Positions 63,913 through 64,000 of a stretch of DNA of 64,000 nucleotides are shown in pieces. Origin of the DNA: an uncultured delta proteobacterium (lineage in GTDB: Bacteria > Desulfobacterota > DSM-4660 > Desulfatiglandales > HGW-15). Under the pieces are notes generated by a model. It searched no databases. It was not told where the DNA came from and worked only from the letters and a program-made list of their open reading frames with translations. A program made the position numbers and the translations under genes. Location of the stretch: assembly GCA_963702565.1 (NCBI GenBank), contig CAVPDE010000011.1:40918-104917 (forward strand). The letters run 5' to 3'. Every line of letters starts with the position of its first letter. Position 1 is the stretch's first letter.

Positions 63913-64000
63913 AGTCTTGTCACTCTCCTTCCTTCAAACGGCGTGTCGTTGCAATCTTTCCATTTCGTGGGAGCAAGAAACCCTTGGTTAGACGGGCAAG

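Overview
This is a 64-kb window from a moderately GC-rich anaerobe. Gene content suggests a syntrophic or sulfate-reducer-type deltaproteobacterium: selenocysteine HdrA/MvhD, Flx-like and DsrMK-like redox modules, and many sigma-54 and two-component regulators. That placement is inference only. ORF-track coordinates include the stop codon, and almost all genes from 5.2 kb onward are on the minus strand.

Layout:
- 1-5.2 kb: a patchwork of small regulators (MerR-like, XRE, PilZ), an orphan mreB, a GspB-like gene and a thermonuclease::IS3-tail chimera, ending at tRNA-Gln/tRNA-Glu.
- 5.5-10.2 kb: an AttH-like / FtsX permease / ABC ATPase trio.
- 10.2-17.4 kb: an Opp/Dpp-type peptide ABC operon interrupted by a four-helix-bundle (4HB) gene.
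- 17.7-35.5 kb: a housekeeping run (queuosine-salvage-like, ahcY, metK, panC, dNK, rsmA, tsaD, PP2C, comEA, lysC, tsaE, nnr, acpS, pdxJ, ybeY, PgpH-like, phoH).
- 35.6-39.1 kb: decayed genes, namely an MFS remnant beside a ~100-bp AT island and katG with two frameshifts.
- 39.5-42.2 kb: dtxR-feoAB with a palindromic operator.
- 42.2-48.3 kb: a histidine-kinase remnant, then a sigma-54-type promoter and activator with a NifX-like/Mrp/HAD/TrmO/IscU-like/FmdB cluster.
- 48.3-63.9 kb: a redox block in which four genes need an in-frame TGA read as selenocysteine (large HdrA, MvhD, two HdrD/DsrK-like paralogs sharing an E-U-GHAY motif). It is split by a sensor-kinase/response-regulator/Usp island whose sensors carry Cys-rich PAS domains.

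The most unusual signal is non-coding. Many intercistronic spacers are built from arrays of 7-9-nt tandem units of several unrelated sequences. They follow a recurring order in transcript sense: heptamer array, then inverted-array hairpin, then CACUUUAG array, then AUG. One pair of these arrays brackets the 4HB gene like the stem of an rRNA intervening sequence. I have no database access, so all family calls rest on motif recognition by eye.
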